Positions 49,151 to 61,607 are shown, counted from the whole stretch's first letter. The stretch: 63,536 nucleotides of DNA, filler included, from Octopus bimaculoides (GCF_001194135.2; 7 parts of 6 records of this genome joined end to end with filler, not necessarily neighbours in it); one strand, 5' to 3'. Translations and numbers: made by a program. Notes: generated from the sequence alone by a model not told the origin.

Positions 49151-49454
49151 AAGAAACTTTACGAGCCAGAAAGAGATTGTTTCAGACTACAGCTAGGGGA
49201 GTATGGGGGCCTCATTTCGCCGTTAAAAGTGTACGAGATATTCCCTTATATTTTCGAGCCATCCAAATTTAGAGAGCATTGGACTGTTTTAGCTTCCAAA
49301 TAACTGCAGTCCACTGGCTAGCCGAGCACCACAATATTCTTCCCGCACCCAGCCATGAAATGTTTTGCTCAAGAACATATCGTGCCACACAGTTAGTGAA
49401 TCGAGTCTAATCTCTGGCGATCAGAGTACCACAACATATATACATTCTCTTTCA

Positions 49455-49829
49455 TCCTTTTATTTATTTCAATGAGTTGATTTCAGCTATGCTGGAGCAC
49501 CGCCTGTAGTCAAACAAATCAACCCGAGGATTTATTCTTTATATGCCAAGTACTTATTCAATCGGTCTTTTTTGTTGAACCGCTGGTTAAGAGGACATAA
49601 ACACATCAACATTGGTTGTCAATCGATGGTGGGGGGACAAACACAGACACACAAACACACACACATACGACGGGCTTCTTTCAGTTTCAGTCTACCAAAT
49701 CCACTCACAAGACTTTGGTTGGCCTGAGGCTATAGAACACACTTGCTCAAGGTGTCATGCAGTGAAACTGAACCCAGAATCACGTGGTTTGGAAACAAGC
49801 TTCTTACCACACAGCCACTCTTGCGCCTA
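49455..49829 (-). mobile_element. SINE family C, full length
   Basis: Collinear with 9301-9725. Confidence 0.88.
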
Positions 49830-51064
49830 TATGTACATATACCCATACACAGACACATACACACATGTGTGTGTCTGTGTGTGTATATGAATGTACATAT
49901 GTAAACATATTCATACAACTGCTCATATAAAGATGTATGATAGTGCCTACATATGTCTATACATATACAAATGTTCTGAAATTAATATATGTTTTACCAT
50001 AATATAAAATGTATTATACAAAATATAAAAAAAGTAATTGACGACGCATTCATTATATATTACAAAGTCAAGAGTACTTATGTGGAAATGTTAAAACGTT
50101 TCGTTATAATGAAAATAAGGAAAACAAACAACTTTGTATGAAATGTAAGACGGTACATCTAGTGTCTAGACGAGTTTGTAAAAAGACTTGCTATAATTCA
50201 TCAAACCGGACGGTTACGTAAATAGTGTAATCAGAGTTTCATGCACGCTTTGATACGGTGACGCCACGACAACTCCCCATAAATAAATGTAATCCATTGC
50301 TAACATTAAACCCTCCGACGCGGCGAATGCAAATTATGTGCAGGTAACTTACCTGGTCATTTTAATATGTGTTGACGGTAATTATCGCGCTATCGTATAT
50401 TATGTTGTATGTTTTACTTGAAACCTCGTGACACACACAATCTATATATACGTCTGTGTGTATATATATATATTTTTTTTTTTATTTATTTATTTATGTT
50501 TCAGCCAAGTGGCTGCGGTCATGCTGGTGCACCACCGTGTTTTCACGTTCCTAGCATGGCTCTTCTCCCCCACCTGACATGGTCCAATCAAGAGTTTTGN
50601 NNNNNNNNNNNNNNNNNNNNNNNNNNNNNNNNNNNNNNNNNNNNNNNNNNNNNNNNNNNNNNNNNNNNNNNNNNNNNNNNNNNNNNNNNNNNNNNNNNNN
50701 NNNNNNNNNNNNNNNNNNNNNNNNNNNNNNNNNNNNNNNNNNNNNNNNNNNNNNNNNNNNNNNNNNNNNNNNNNNNNNNNNNNNNNNNNNNNNNNNNNNN
50801 NNNNNNNNNNNNNNNNNNNNNNNNNNNNNNNNNNNNNNNNNNNNNNNNNNNNNNNNNNNNNNNNNNNNNNNNNNNNNNNNNNNNNNNNNNNNNNNNNNNN
50901 NNNNNNNNNNNNNNNNNNNNNNNNNNNNNNNNNNNNNNNNNNNNNNNNNNNNNNNNNNNNNNNNNNNNNNNNNNNNNNNNNNNNNNNNNNNNNNNNNNNN
51001 NNNNNNNNNNNNNNNNNNNNNNNNNNNNNNNNNNNNNNNNNNNNNNNNNNNNNTATATATCCAC

Positions 51065-51560
51065 ATTCATATTATATTCTTTTATCCGTTTCAGTCATGC
51101 AGCTGCGGTCATGCTGGAGCAGCGCCGTGGTTTTGCTGATACCCTCAAGCTGGGGAAGGGGTTCACCCCACCACCCCTGTAAGTGCCTTTGTCCCAGCTG
51201 TTGGCCCATCCGGTGTATTAGGGAGTTTGATTTTGCTGCCCTCGTATGTATTCCATGCCGGGCTGTTGGTTCATCCAATATTGTGGAGGGGAGCATGTCT
51301 AGTTCCTATTTGAGGATAGCTACGTCCACATTATGTCGATTTCTTAATTTTTGTAATTGGGCATTGAAGAGCGATCGGACTTTTAATACTAGGCTATTAC
51401 AGTAACCTAATCCTTAATTTAGATGGAGTAGATAGCACCCTTGGTACAATACAATGGCGTCAAGATCTAGAAGTTGTATAACATTCAATGCCGAAATTAG
51501 TTATTAGCTCTTCTGGTGTTTTCCATATGTGGATTCTAACATATCAGTCGCGCCTTCTTT
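51065..51560 (-). mobile_element. CR1-like LINE 3' fragment
   Basis: IWKTPEELITNFGIECYTTSRS*RHCIVP, YCNSL...LFN, LDEPTARHGIHTRAAKSNSLIH; tail GGCGCTGCTCCAGCATGACCGCAGCTGCATGACTGAAACGGATAAAAGA. Confidence 0.8.
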
Positions 51561-51767
51561 CGAGGGAGTAAAGTCGCAGTTATCTTACCCTCTCCCTGAG
51601 GCTCATCTACTGCACTGTTTCGGTCTTTTTAATGTAGCGTCGTTGGACTGTTTTAAGCTCCGCTGTTAGTTTTGCATTACGTAGTGACCGTAGCAGAGAA
51701 CACTAGTTTACTCGACTGAGAAAAAAAATTGAATGGTTTGGTCAGCGATCTATCATGGCGTCTGCGG

Positions 51768-51769
51768 AC

Positions 51770-51850
<81 letters not shown>
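51768..51850. repeat. (GATA)n microsatellite
   Basis: Direct reading. Confidence 0.95.
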
Positions 51851-52190
51851 CGAGCGTTCTCACGTGCAGACAGAACAGAGAGAGTAATGGAGAATTCAGA
51901 CAGATAGACATTTAGAAAATTATCGAAGTGATATGGAATTAAAGCGATCGCAATATAAATAGTTACACAAGATACATGTAAATGAGGGTTTATGCTTTAT
52001 ACTATAAAGTAAAGTTTCTTTCTAGGCAATGCTTTGATCCTGAGCGCTTCAATACCATTACGTAAATAAACTGTACCTTAGTGTACGTTACCGACAAAAG
52101 GTATATAAACAAATATGTAACAAATGTAAAAAAAAAAAATACAGAAATAATAAGCGATAAAAGGTAATTTGTAATTACTCCTTCTCCCTC

Positions 52191-52230
<40 letters not shown>

Positions 52231-52888
52231 NNNNNNNNNNNNNNNNNNNNNNNNNNNNNNNNNNNNNNNNNNNNNNNNNNNNNNNNNNNNNNNNNNNNNN
52301 NNNNNNNNNNNNNNNNNNNNNNNNNNNNNNNNNNNNNNNNNNNNNNNNNNNNNNNNNNNNNNNNNNNNNNNNNNNNNNNNNNNNNNNNNNNNNNNNNNNN
52401 NNNNNNNNNNNNNNNNNNNNNNNNNNNNNNNNNNNNNNNNNNNNNNNNNNNNNNNNNNNNNNNNNNNNNNNNNNNNNNNNNNNNNNNNNNNNNNNNNNNN
52501 NNNNNNNNNNNNNNNNNNNNNNNNNNNNNNNNNNNNNNNNNNNNNNNNNNNNNNNNNNNNNNNNNNNNNNNNNNNNNNNNNNNNNNNNNNNNNNNNNNNN
52601 NNNNNNNNNNNNNNNNNNNNNNNNNNNNNNNNNNNNNNNNNNNNNNNNNNNNNNNNNNNNNNNNNNNNNNNNNNNNNNNNNNNNNNNNNNNNNNNNNNNN
52701 NNNNNNNNNNNNNNNNNNNNNNNNNNNNNNNNNNNNNNNNNNNNNNNNNNNNNNNNNNNNNNNNNNNNNNNNNNNNNNNNNNNNNNNNNNNNNNNNNNNN
52801 NNNNNNNNNNNNNNNNNNNNNNNNNNNNNNNNNNNNNNNNNNNNNNNNNNNNNNNNNNNNNTATATATATATAGATAGATAGATAGAT

Positions 52889-52953
<65 letters not shown>

Positions 52954-53018
52954 TATAGATAGATTGATATATAGATAGATAGATAGATAGATAGATATGC
53001 TCACATTTGAACATAAAA

Positions 53019-53058
<40 letters not shown>

Positions 53059-53606
53059 CAGTAGACATGCATAATGCATATTTAGTGCATTTATCATACA
53101 CAATCGTGTCCGTACAGGGAGTGCTGCACTAAACAAAGAGGCAGTTTATTCTAACAAGTCACTCTTTCTCATGACATGGCGTCGTGAATCCTCGCCATTA
53201 CTTGCGTCCATTACATCCAGCGAGAACCTTCTTAAAGGCCGTGTCAGACAAGACAACGAAGGACACAATCTTGTTCATTTGATCTTATGTTCTTATTGTA
53301 ATCATTGCTGTTGTTATTGTATATTTGTTATATTGTTTACTCTTTATTTTTACTGATTTTGTTGTTTTTGTGTTAGTTGTGTATTTAAAATATGTACGAA
53401 AAGAGATACTGCATAACAATAAGTTAAAAACTGACGCCGTCGGAACACACACACACACACACACATACACACACACTCACACACACCTACGCACGCTCAC
53501 AAACACNNNNNNNNNNNNNNNNNNNNNNNNNNNNNNNNNNNNNNNNNNNNTTAATTAATTAANNNNNNNNNNNNNNNNNNNNNNNNNNNNNNNNNNNNNN
53601 NNNNNN

Positions 53607-53639
<33 letters not shown>

Positions 53640-53643
<4 letters not shown>

Positions 53644-53789
53644 CGGGCTTATTTCAGTTTCCGTCTACCAAATCCACTCACAAGGCTCTGGTAGGCCCTA
53701 TAGAAGACACTACCCAAAGTGCCACGCAGTGGAACTGAATCCGAAACCTTGTGATTGAAAAGCAAGCTTACCATACATCCACGCCTGCG
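53640..53789 (-). mobile_element. SINE family C 5' half
   Basis: CGACGGGCTTATTTCAGTTTCCGTCTACCAAATCCACTCACAAGGC...AGCAAGCTTACCA. Confidence 0.85.
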
Positions 53790-54648
53790 ATAGAGTAAAG
53801 TACTAGTTACGTACTGGAGTCAATGTAATCGGCTTGTCCTCTCACTTCAAAATAACTCGTCTTGTGCCTAAATCAGAAACCATTACCTGTAAGAGCCATT
53901 ATAGCAGGTCTTGACGAATAGCAATAAACATATTTTCAACATATTCACCTATTTCTTCAATATATCAATTGTGGTATTGTTTTGTCGGAAATGGTCTTAC
54001 AACACCAGTCGGATCTTGTCTTCAATAGACTGTATTATCAAAGTTTCACCGACGTTATGACTCTTCGATCAGCTGCGGTTAATCCATCTTCATTGTTTGC
54101 ATTTTGTTTTATTTAAATGATATAAATATCGTAGAACAATTTAGGAAACTTTTCATACAATTCTTCAAAATATCCGAAAGGTTGATATTAAATTTATGAA
54201 TGTTCAGTATCAAAATGTTCTCACAATAGCCTTGATTTTATTGCTTTGTAAGAGAATGCCTTGTGGTACACTAAACACATTCGAAGTTGTTGGTAAAAGA
54301 TTTAAGAGATTCCACTTTCAAATATTTTAGTAAATAACCACAAGCATATTTCTTTTTATGAGTCATACTGAAGATAAATTCTAACACAGTCTCAAAACTC
54401 TCACTATACAATGACAGGAGGAAATTAGAAATCCATCTCTAATAGTTAACCACATATTCTTAATTCATACTTCACACCGCCTCACAATAGCAATTATCTT
54501 ACTAACGTAATCTGAAGCAACTCAGGTACACTGAAGTTATCAGCCGTTCTTACTAAAGGAATAGAATATAAAATACGAGACAGATAGGAAAACATTGGTT
54601 TTGGTGAGCATCTGTTTCCTCTGACTACGTATGTATTCTTATTGTATA

Positions 54649-54882
54649 TCTTATTTCTTTATTGCCCACAAGGGGCTAAACATAGAGGGGACAAACAAGG
54701 ACAGACAAAGGGATTAAGTCGATTACATCGACCCCAGTGCGTAACTGGTACTTAGTTTATCGACTCCGAAAGGATGAAAGGCTAAGTCGACCTCGGCGGA
54801 ATTTGAACTCAGAACGTAAAGACCTACGAAATACTGCTAGGCATTTCGCCCGGCGTGCTAACGTTTCTGCCAGCTCGCCGCC
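54649..54882 (-). mobile_element. SINE family B, full length, young
   Basis: Minus strand GGCGGCGAGCTGGCAGAAACGTTAGCACGCCGGGCG...GTGGGCAATAAAGAAATAAG; CpGs intact. Confidence 0.93.
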
Positions 54883-55232
54883 TTTTTATATCTATCTATC
54901 TTATTGTATATCTATCTGTTGGTCTGTCTGTCCGTCCATCTATCTAACTGTCTATATATGATATATATATATATATCTCTCTCTCTCTCTCTCTATATAT
55001 ATATACATACATATATATATAAACAATTCTAAAACACACTTATATATACATGCGTGAATGTATACACCTAGGTTCATGTATTTAGTTGTTAGGGTAGGAA
55101 AGGTAAAAAGAAAAGAAAAAGGGAGAAGAAAGTGAAGAAATAACGACAAAAAGAATTCGTTATTAGAATTAGATATATCAGTCCGTCACACTCAGACACA
55201 CGCATGTACATATACATATACACGCACACATA

Positions 55233-56545
55233 CAGGTGTTGGAAAAAATAATGGAAACACCTTAAAATTTCAAACAAATTTATTTTAATATGGGGTTGGA
55301 CCGCCTTTGGCAGTAATTACAGCTTCAATTCTACGAGGTATGGACTTGCACAAAGTTTGAATACTTCAGCTAAAACAGTCTCCAGTTCTTGTAGCGATGA
55401 AGGTGGAGGATATCAACTCCTTACTTGTTTTTCTAATAAATGTTCAGTAATATTGAGATCTGGGGAATGTGGTGGCCTGATAAGATGTTCGACTTCACTA
55501 GAATGTTCCTCGTGCCATTCAGTAACAACTTTAGCTGTGTGAATTGGTGCATTGTCATCCTGAAAGATTGTGTTGCCCCCCAGAAACAGTTCTGCAACCA
55601 TAGAATGAATTTGATCAGATAAAATGCTTAAATAGTCTTGACTATTAATTCTGCCATGAAGGGAAACCATTGGGCCGGCGGATTTCCAAGATATAGCTCC
55701 CACCCACACCGATCATCTCAGAGCCTCCTTCATGTTTAACAGTTGAAAGAAGGCAGTCTGGGTCAAATGCTTCTTTTGGCTGTCTCCACACGTATACTCG
55801 GCTGGTGGTCGGAAATAAGGTAAAGAATGATCGTCCGAGAAAATAACATTCTTCCACTGCTCTAGTGACCAATTCTNNNNNNNNNNNNNNNNNNNNNNNN
55901 NNNNNNNNNNNNNNNNNNNNNNNNNNNNNNNNNNNNNNNNNNNNNNNNNNNNNNNNNNNNNNNNNNNNNNNNNNNNNNNNNNNNNNNNNNNNNNNNNNNN
56001 NNNNNNNNNNNNNNNNNNNNNNNNNNNNNNNNNNNNNNNNNNNNNNNNNNNNNNNNNNNNNNNNNNNNNNNNNNNNNNNNNNNNNNNNNNNNNNNNNNNN
56101 NNNNNNNNNNNNNNNNNNNNNNNNNNNNNNNNNNNNNNNNNNNNNNNNNNNNNNNNNNNNNNNNNNNNNNNNNNNNNNNNNNNNNNNNNNNNNNNNNNNN
56201 NNNNNNNNNNNNNNNNNNNNNNNNNNNNNNNNNNNNNNNNNNNNNNNNNNNNNNNNNNNNNNNNNNNNNNNNNNNNNNNNNNNNNNNNNNNNNNNNNNNN
56301 NNNNNNNNNNNNNNNNNNNNNNNNNNNNNNNNNNNAAGTCTGATAGATCTGTCAATTTAATGAATTTTAATTACCTTTTTCTGATATCTGAAAAGAAACA
56401 GCAATTTTAGCAAAACATATTAAGCAACACTAATAATAAATAAAAAGAAAACATAAAAAATAAACAAGTTTTTGACAGTTTTATAAATATTTCAAAATTA
56501 TGATGCTATGATGCTAGGTGTTTCCATTATTTTGTCCAACTCCTG
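55233..56545 (-). mobile_element. Tc1-family DNA transposon with DD36E spacing
   Basis: TIRs CAGGTGTTGGAAAAAATAATGGAAACACC and CAGGAGTTGGACAAAATAATGGAAACACC (27/29), with TA on both sides; the N-terminal half lies in a gap. Confidence 0.93.
55330..55876 (-). pseudogene. Tc1-like transposase catalytic domain (frameshifted)
   Basis: WSLEQWKNVIFSDD, then VWRQPKEA...TVKHEGGS and FQDDNAPIHTAK...SPDLNITEH. Confidence 0.9.
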
Positions 56546-56795
56546 TATATACAGAGACACTCACGCAATCCTCAAATAGTAGATTTCATTGACCTCAGTG
56601 TTGTATCAACTTACATAATGTTCTATCTGCCGATACGTTCATCACGTTGCTTCTTCTAGATTTTCTCTCTTCATGTCCCGTTCTCTACATCCACTTCTCT
56701 CTAATCAAGGGAAATCGCAATGGAACGTTGAAACGAGTAACGGAAAAGGACAAAATAAATGAGCTTCGCAAATTTCCTTTTAATAGTTTACATTA

Positions 56796-57013
56796 GGGTG
56801 GGGGATTGGCAGAATCGATAGGGCAGCAGAGAGAATGTTAAATAGTATTTATTACACCTCTTCACATTCGGAGTTCAAATTCCGTCGAATTCAACTTAAT
56901 CTTTCATCCTTCAGGGCTTAATAAAATAAAGCCCCATTGAAGTACTAGAGTCAATTTAACTGATTGCCTACCTATAATAGAATATAATTAACAATTCTAG
57001 TAAATCAGAGACC
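56796..57013 (+). mobile_element. SINE family B, diverged
   Basis: TTGGCAGAATCGATAG...GGAGTTCAAATTCCGTCGAATTCAAC...CTTTCATCCTTCAGGG. Confidence 0.72.
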
Positions 57014-57141
57014 GATTCCTTGTCCAAATGTGAACCCTCAATAATAAATTAAGTGATAAACAGTTTGGAATACACCAGTCTATAGATTCACTTTAATTTT
57101 TGTGGCTAATAAAAACACCGTCTTTGAACAGAGATATAGAT

Positions 57142-57196
57142 GGTAGTCAGTTCTGATGAGATTCCCATAGGAATCGAAACTAGTAAGATTGATGCC
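57142..57196 (+). ncRNA. Minimal type I hammerhead ribozyme
   Basis: CTGATGA (57153-59), stem II GATTCC[CATA]GGAATC, GAAA (57176-79), palindromic stem III ACTAGT, GUA cleavage triplet, and imperfect stem I GGTAGTCAGTT/AGATTGATGCC. Confidence 0.8.
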
Positions 57197-57319
57197 ACTT
57201 TTTCTGTTCACGAATTTGATTGAACAAAAGAACAGAACGCTGTTGGTTACAGATCTGTTCTCTATTTATCTCATCTTAATTTACACACGTAATGTCGTCT
57301 GAATACACACACACACGTT

Positions 57320-57358
<39 letters not shown>

Positions 57359-58782
57359 NNNNNNNNNNNNNNNNNNNNNNNNNNNNNNNNNNNNNNNNNN
57401 NNNNNNNNNNNNNNNNNNNNNNNNNNNNNNNNNNNNNNNNNNNNNNNNNNNNNNNNNNNNNNNNNNNNNNNNNNNNNNNNNNNNNNNNNNNNNNNNNNNN
57501 NNNNNNNNNNNNNNNNNNNNNNNNNNNNNNNNNNNNNNNNNNNNNNNNNNNNNNNNNNNNNNNNNNNNNNNNNNNNNNNNNNNNNNNNNNNNNNNNNNNN
57601 NNNNNNNNNNNNNNNNNNNNNNNNNNNNNNNNNNNNNNNNNNNNNNNNNNNNNNNNNNNNNNNNNNNNNNNNNNNNNNNNNNNNNNNNNNNNNNNNNNNN
57701 NNNNNNNNNNNNNNNNNNNNNNNNNNNNNNNNNNNNNNNNNNNNNNNNNNNNNNNNNNNNNNNNNNNNNNNNNNNNNNNNNNNNNNNNNNNNNNNNNNNN
57801 NNNNNNNNNNNNNNNNNNNNNNNNNNNNNNNNNNNNNNNNNNNNNNNNNNNNNNNNNNNNNNNNNNNNNNNNNNNNNNNNNNNNNNNNNNNNNNNNNNNN
57901 NNNNNNNNNNNNNNNNNNNNNNNNNNNNNNNNNNNNNNNNNNNNNNNNNNNNNNNNNNNNNNNNNNNNNNNNNNNNNNNNNNNNNNNNNNNNNNNNNNNN
58001 NNNNNNNNNNNNNNNNNNNNNNNNNNNNNNNNNNNNNNNNNNNNNNNNNNNNNNNNNNNNNNNNNNNNNNNNNNNNNNNNNNNNNNNNNNNNNNNNNNNN
58101 NNNNNNNNNNNNNNNNNNNNNNNNNNNNNNNNNNNNNNNNNNNNNNNNNNNNNNNNNNNCAAACACTTACACACAGAGATACATTTATGATTTTACATAG
58201 GGTATATCTTATGTTTTATGCATATACATATATACTTTTGTCATATATATGTGCTTGAATGTATGCAGATATCCGCCCTCATATATATATATATATGCAT
58301 ATACACACGCGCGCGCTCACATTTAAAATGTTATCTTTAATGAAACATATCTAGCACGCACATGTACATAAATCACGTATGTGTATATATATCTACATAT
58401 TTATGTTAACTACACAGATACACACACACAACCACACACACATACAAACACACATATGTATGTGTGTATATGTGTGTGTGTGTTTGTGCGTGTGTGTGTG
58501 TGAACTAGACATATTTGATTAAATATAGCTGACAGTTTTTATTTCGTTAAATTTTATTTTTGATTCAATGATCTTTTTTCTAAACAGATAAATAAACCAA
58601 TTAATACATAAGTAAATATATAACAATAACCGTATTCCAACTCCATTAATTTTTATAATTATCTATTTTAACTTTTTTTTGTTTCTTTTTTTAAAATTTT
58701 CACAGACTTTAGAATTCGTTATTTGATATTTTGATCACCCACTCAACTAAATGTGTTTATGAAGATTGAATCGAAGTCAAAC

Positions 58783-58783
58783 A

Positions 58784-58822
<39 letters not shown>
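58783..58822. repeat. (TAG)n microsatellite
   Basis: Direct reading. Confidence 0.95.
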
Positions 58823-58825
<3 letters not shown>

Positions 58826-59128
58826 GAGCAGCAGCAGCATAAGTCTTAATAATTTTTTCCCCCATTAGAATGGAAACTCCATATTTTGTCGACTTGAGGT
58901 GTGAAAGAAGATATTGAATATTATTAACAACTTGAGAAATCAAAGGCAGCGATAATCGCGACGAGATTTGAGCTGTGCTCAAAATCCTCATTGTATTATA
59001 TTTGGCGGGGGTGATGACCACAGTCCAATGATAAATAACCGACAAAGTTGCACCCTTTAAAGGCCTGTGTCTACTGTTTTCCATGTAAAAAAAAAAAAAG
59101 AAATCATTGATTTACAGAGGCGAGATCT

Positions 59129-59483
59129 TTTTGTTGTTGGCACTCCGTCGCTTACGACGTCGAGGGTTCCAGTTGATCCGATCAACGGAACAGCCTGCTC
59201 GTNNNNNNNNNNNNNNNNNNNNNNNNNNNNNNNNNNNNNNNNNNNNNNNNNNNNNNNCAAGGCTGGCCCTTTGAATTACAGGCACAACAGAAACAGGAAG
59301 TAAGAGTGAGAGAAAGTTGTGGTGAAAGAGTACAGCAGGATTCGCCACCATCCCCTGCCGGAGCCTCGTGAAGCTTTTAGGTGTTTTCGCTCAATAAACA
59401 CTCACAACGCCCGGTCTGGGAATCGAAACCGCGATCCTATGACCGCTAGTCCGCTGCCCTAACCACTGGGCCATTGCGCCTCC
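59129..59483 (-). mobile_element. SINE family A, full length, young, with 14-bp TSD
   Basis: Near-identical to 1428-1811; flanks CAGAGGCGAGATCT (59115-59128) and CAGAGGCGTGATCT (59485-59498). Confidence 0.95.
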
Positions 59484-61086
59484 GCAGAGGCGTGATCTAA
59501 ACAGCTATAATATCAACTTCTCGATGTTCTTGGCCCGTGGACCTTATCCCTGCTCACCACTATCGGGGCGGAAATGGTTGTCCGCAAGTGCGATCCCCTT
59601 GACCCAGATTAGCTGTTCCAGCACATCCCCCTCGCTCTCCTCCGGGGCAACACCTTTTCCATTTTGTCTCTTGAGGCCATAATACATGTTTCTATATCGG
59701 GAGTGGATTTGGTGGACGGAAGCTGAAAGAAGTCCTTCCTGTATTTAGTTATGTATCTTTATAACCTAAATCCGGGAGTCATATAGATGTTTTGTGCTGT
59801 TTTCCTACTCCCAGAGAATTTCACTACCACACAAAACTTTAAAAGATTTCCCATATGTATTTTTACCAAAAACAAGTATCCAAAAACAAGTATCCATACA
59901 ACAAGTACAGCGTTAAACGGATGCGAGACAAATATATCCCAGCGACTGGACGTTACTACTCTGTCGTAAACAGTTCTCACGTACAGGAGATATTCTTTTT
60001 CTACTCTAGGTACGTGACTTTTAGTCTACTCTGTACATTAGAAGTTAGTCGACGGAAATTGTGCGAGTCGTGTAGGAAGCACTTGTTGAAACACCCACTC
60101 ATCGGGAACGAACCCAAATTTGTGACAAGAATGTTCGTAACCATCCATCCATCCATCCATCCATCCATCCATCCAACCATATGTCTGTGACACAGACAGT
60201 CAAAATCTTTGTATATTTTCCGTTTGATCAATATCTTAAATACTCCGGCTTTCAACAGCACTTCCACGAATGAAGTTATATATATATATGTATATATATA
60301 TATATACATAAAAATATATATATATAAATGTGTATTTATGCCTACATTTATAATACCTTAACCAGAAAATATACTTGTGAACTATTATGATAGACTGGGT
60401 GATAGGGGTGGCACTTGAAGACAAGACAAATGCATTCGATATTGCAAACGATCTTTTATTTTAGAGATAAGAAACAGTGTCACACATGACGTATCTCTTA
60501 AAATGTTCGCGGCAACTCACCTCTGAGTGTTTCAGCATTCTTCTAGCTGATACTAAGGAGGAAATGAGAAAATCAGTTCAAGCCCGCACACACACATATA
60601 TAAGCTTGTACATACATGCATACATAAATACATACATATATACATATGTCATACATCCATATAGGCACACATGCATGCATAAATACACACAAAATCACAC
60701 GTACACCCAAGCGCACACATGAACACACACACGCCCACACACACAGATACACATGCACATACACACACAAACTATCAAATATTGTCTTCAGAAATACAAT
60801 TCTCAAGGTGTGTTTTGTATAAACAGATTCTGTTACAGAAGGAATGTGGTGATCAGATTTAATAACAGTTGATAAGGAGGCAAATACAAGCCAGTTAATC
60901 GATTTTGCTATTTCCTCTTAGATAACTGTTGGTCTTGAAGATATACAGAGAAAGGGGGAGAGAGGGGGGAAAAGTGGGAGAAAAAATGGGGGAAGGAGGT
61001 GAGAGAGGGGTGTATGTAGATAGTCAGATAGATACAGATAGACATGTAGAAAAATAGATTGATAGATAAATAGACAGATAACCATA

Positions 61087-61246
61087 TAGGCGTAGTCGTG
61101 ACGCAGTGGTAAGAAGCTTGTTTTCCAAACACATGGTTCCGGATTCAGTCCAACTGCGTGCCACTTTGGGCAAGTGTTTTCTAGCCTCGGGTTAACCGAA
61201 GCCTTATAAGTGGATTTGCTAGACGGAGACCGAAAGAAGCCCGTCG
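61087..61246 (+). mobile_element. SINE family C 5' half
   Basis: GGTAAGAAGCTTG...GGATTCAGTCC...GCCTTATAAGTGGATTTG...GAAGCCCGTCG, then (CA)n. Confidence 0.85.
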
Positions 61247-61370
61247 CACACACACACACACACACACACNNNNNNNNNNNNNNNNNNNNNNNNNNNNNNN
61301 NNNNNNNNNNNNNTTAATTAATTAANNNNNNNNNNNNNNNNNNNNNNNNNNNNNNNNNNNNNNNNNNNNA

Positions 61371-61607
61371 GTTATCGTTCACCAGGGAACAAATCATAGG
61401 CGTAACGCTGTGGGTTACTTCTATCTTTGTTCCGTCCCTTTTCATCATTTTGGAGTACTTCTTCCATTCTCTTAAATCTACCCTACTTTCTGACACCTTA
61501 GACACTCCTGCATAGCTTCTTTCATTCCTGTTGGCCCACAAAGTGTCAAACTGCTCAGAATCGGACACCTCAGTGTAGCTAATATCTGACGAGCTGATTT
61601 CTTCCAT
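61371..61607 (-). CDS. Open ORF start running into a gap; probable ORF1 of an L1/Tx1-like LINE
   Basis: 79 uninterrupted codons from ATG: MEEISSSDISYTEV...RSYAGV...WKKYSKMMKRDGTKIEVTHSVTPMICSLVND. It is preceded by a T/G-rich leader. The family assignment is from memory only. Confidence 0.4.

Noticed and set aside
14187-58258. Long ORFs in the supplied track that span N runs or read YIYI, HTHT, CVCV, LSIY or poly-L/I/S/T
   Set aside because: They are products of gaps and microsatellites, not genes.
58743-59084. 113-aa minus-strand ORF
   Set aside because: Partly (TAG)n-derived, with no recognisable motif or splice support.
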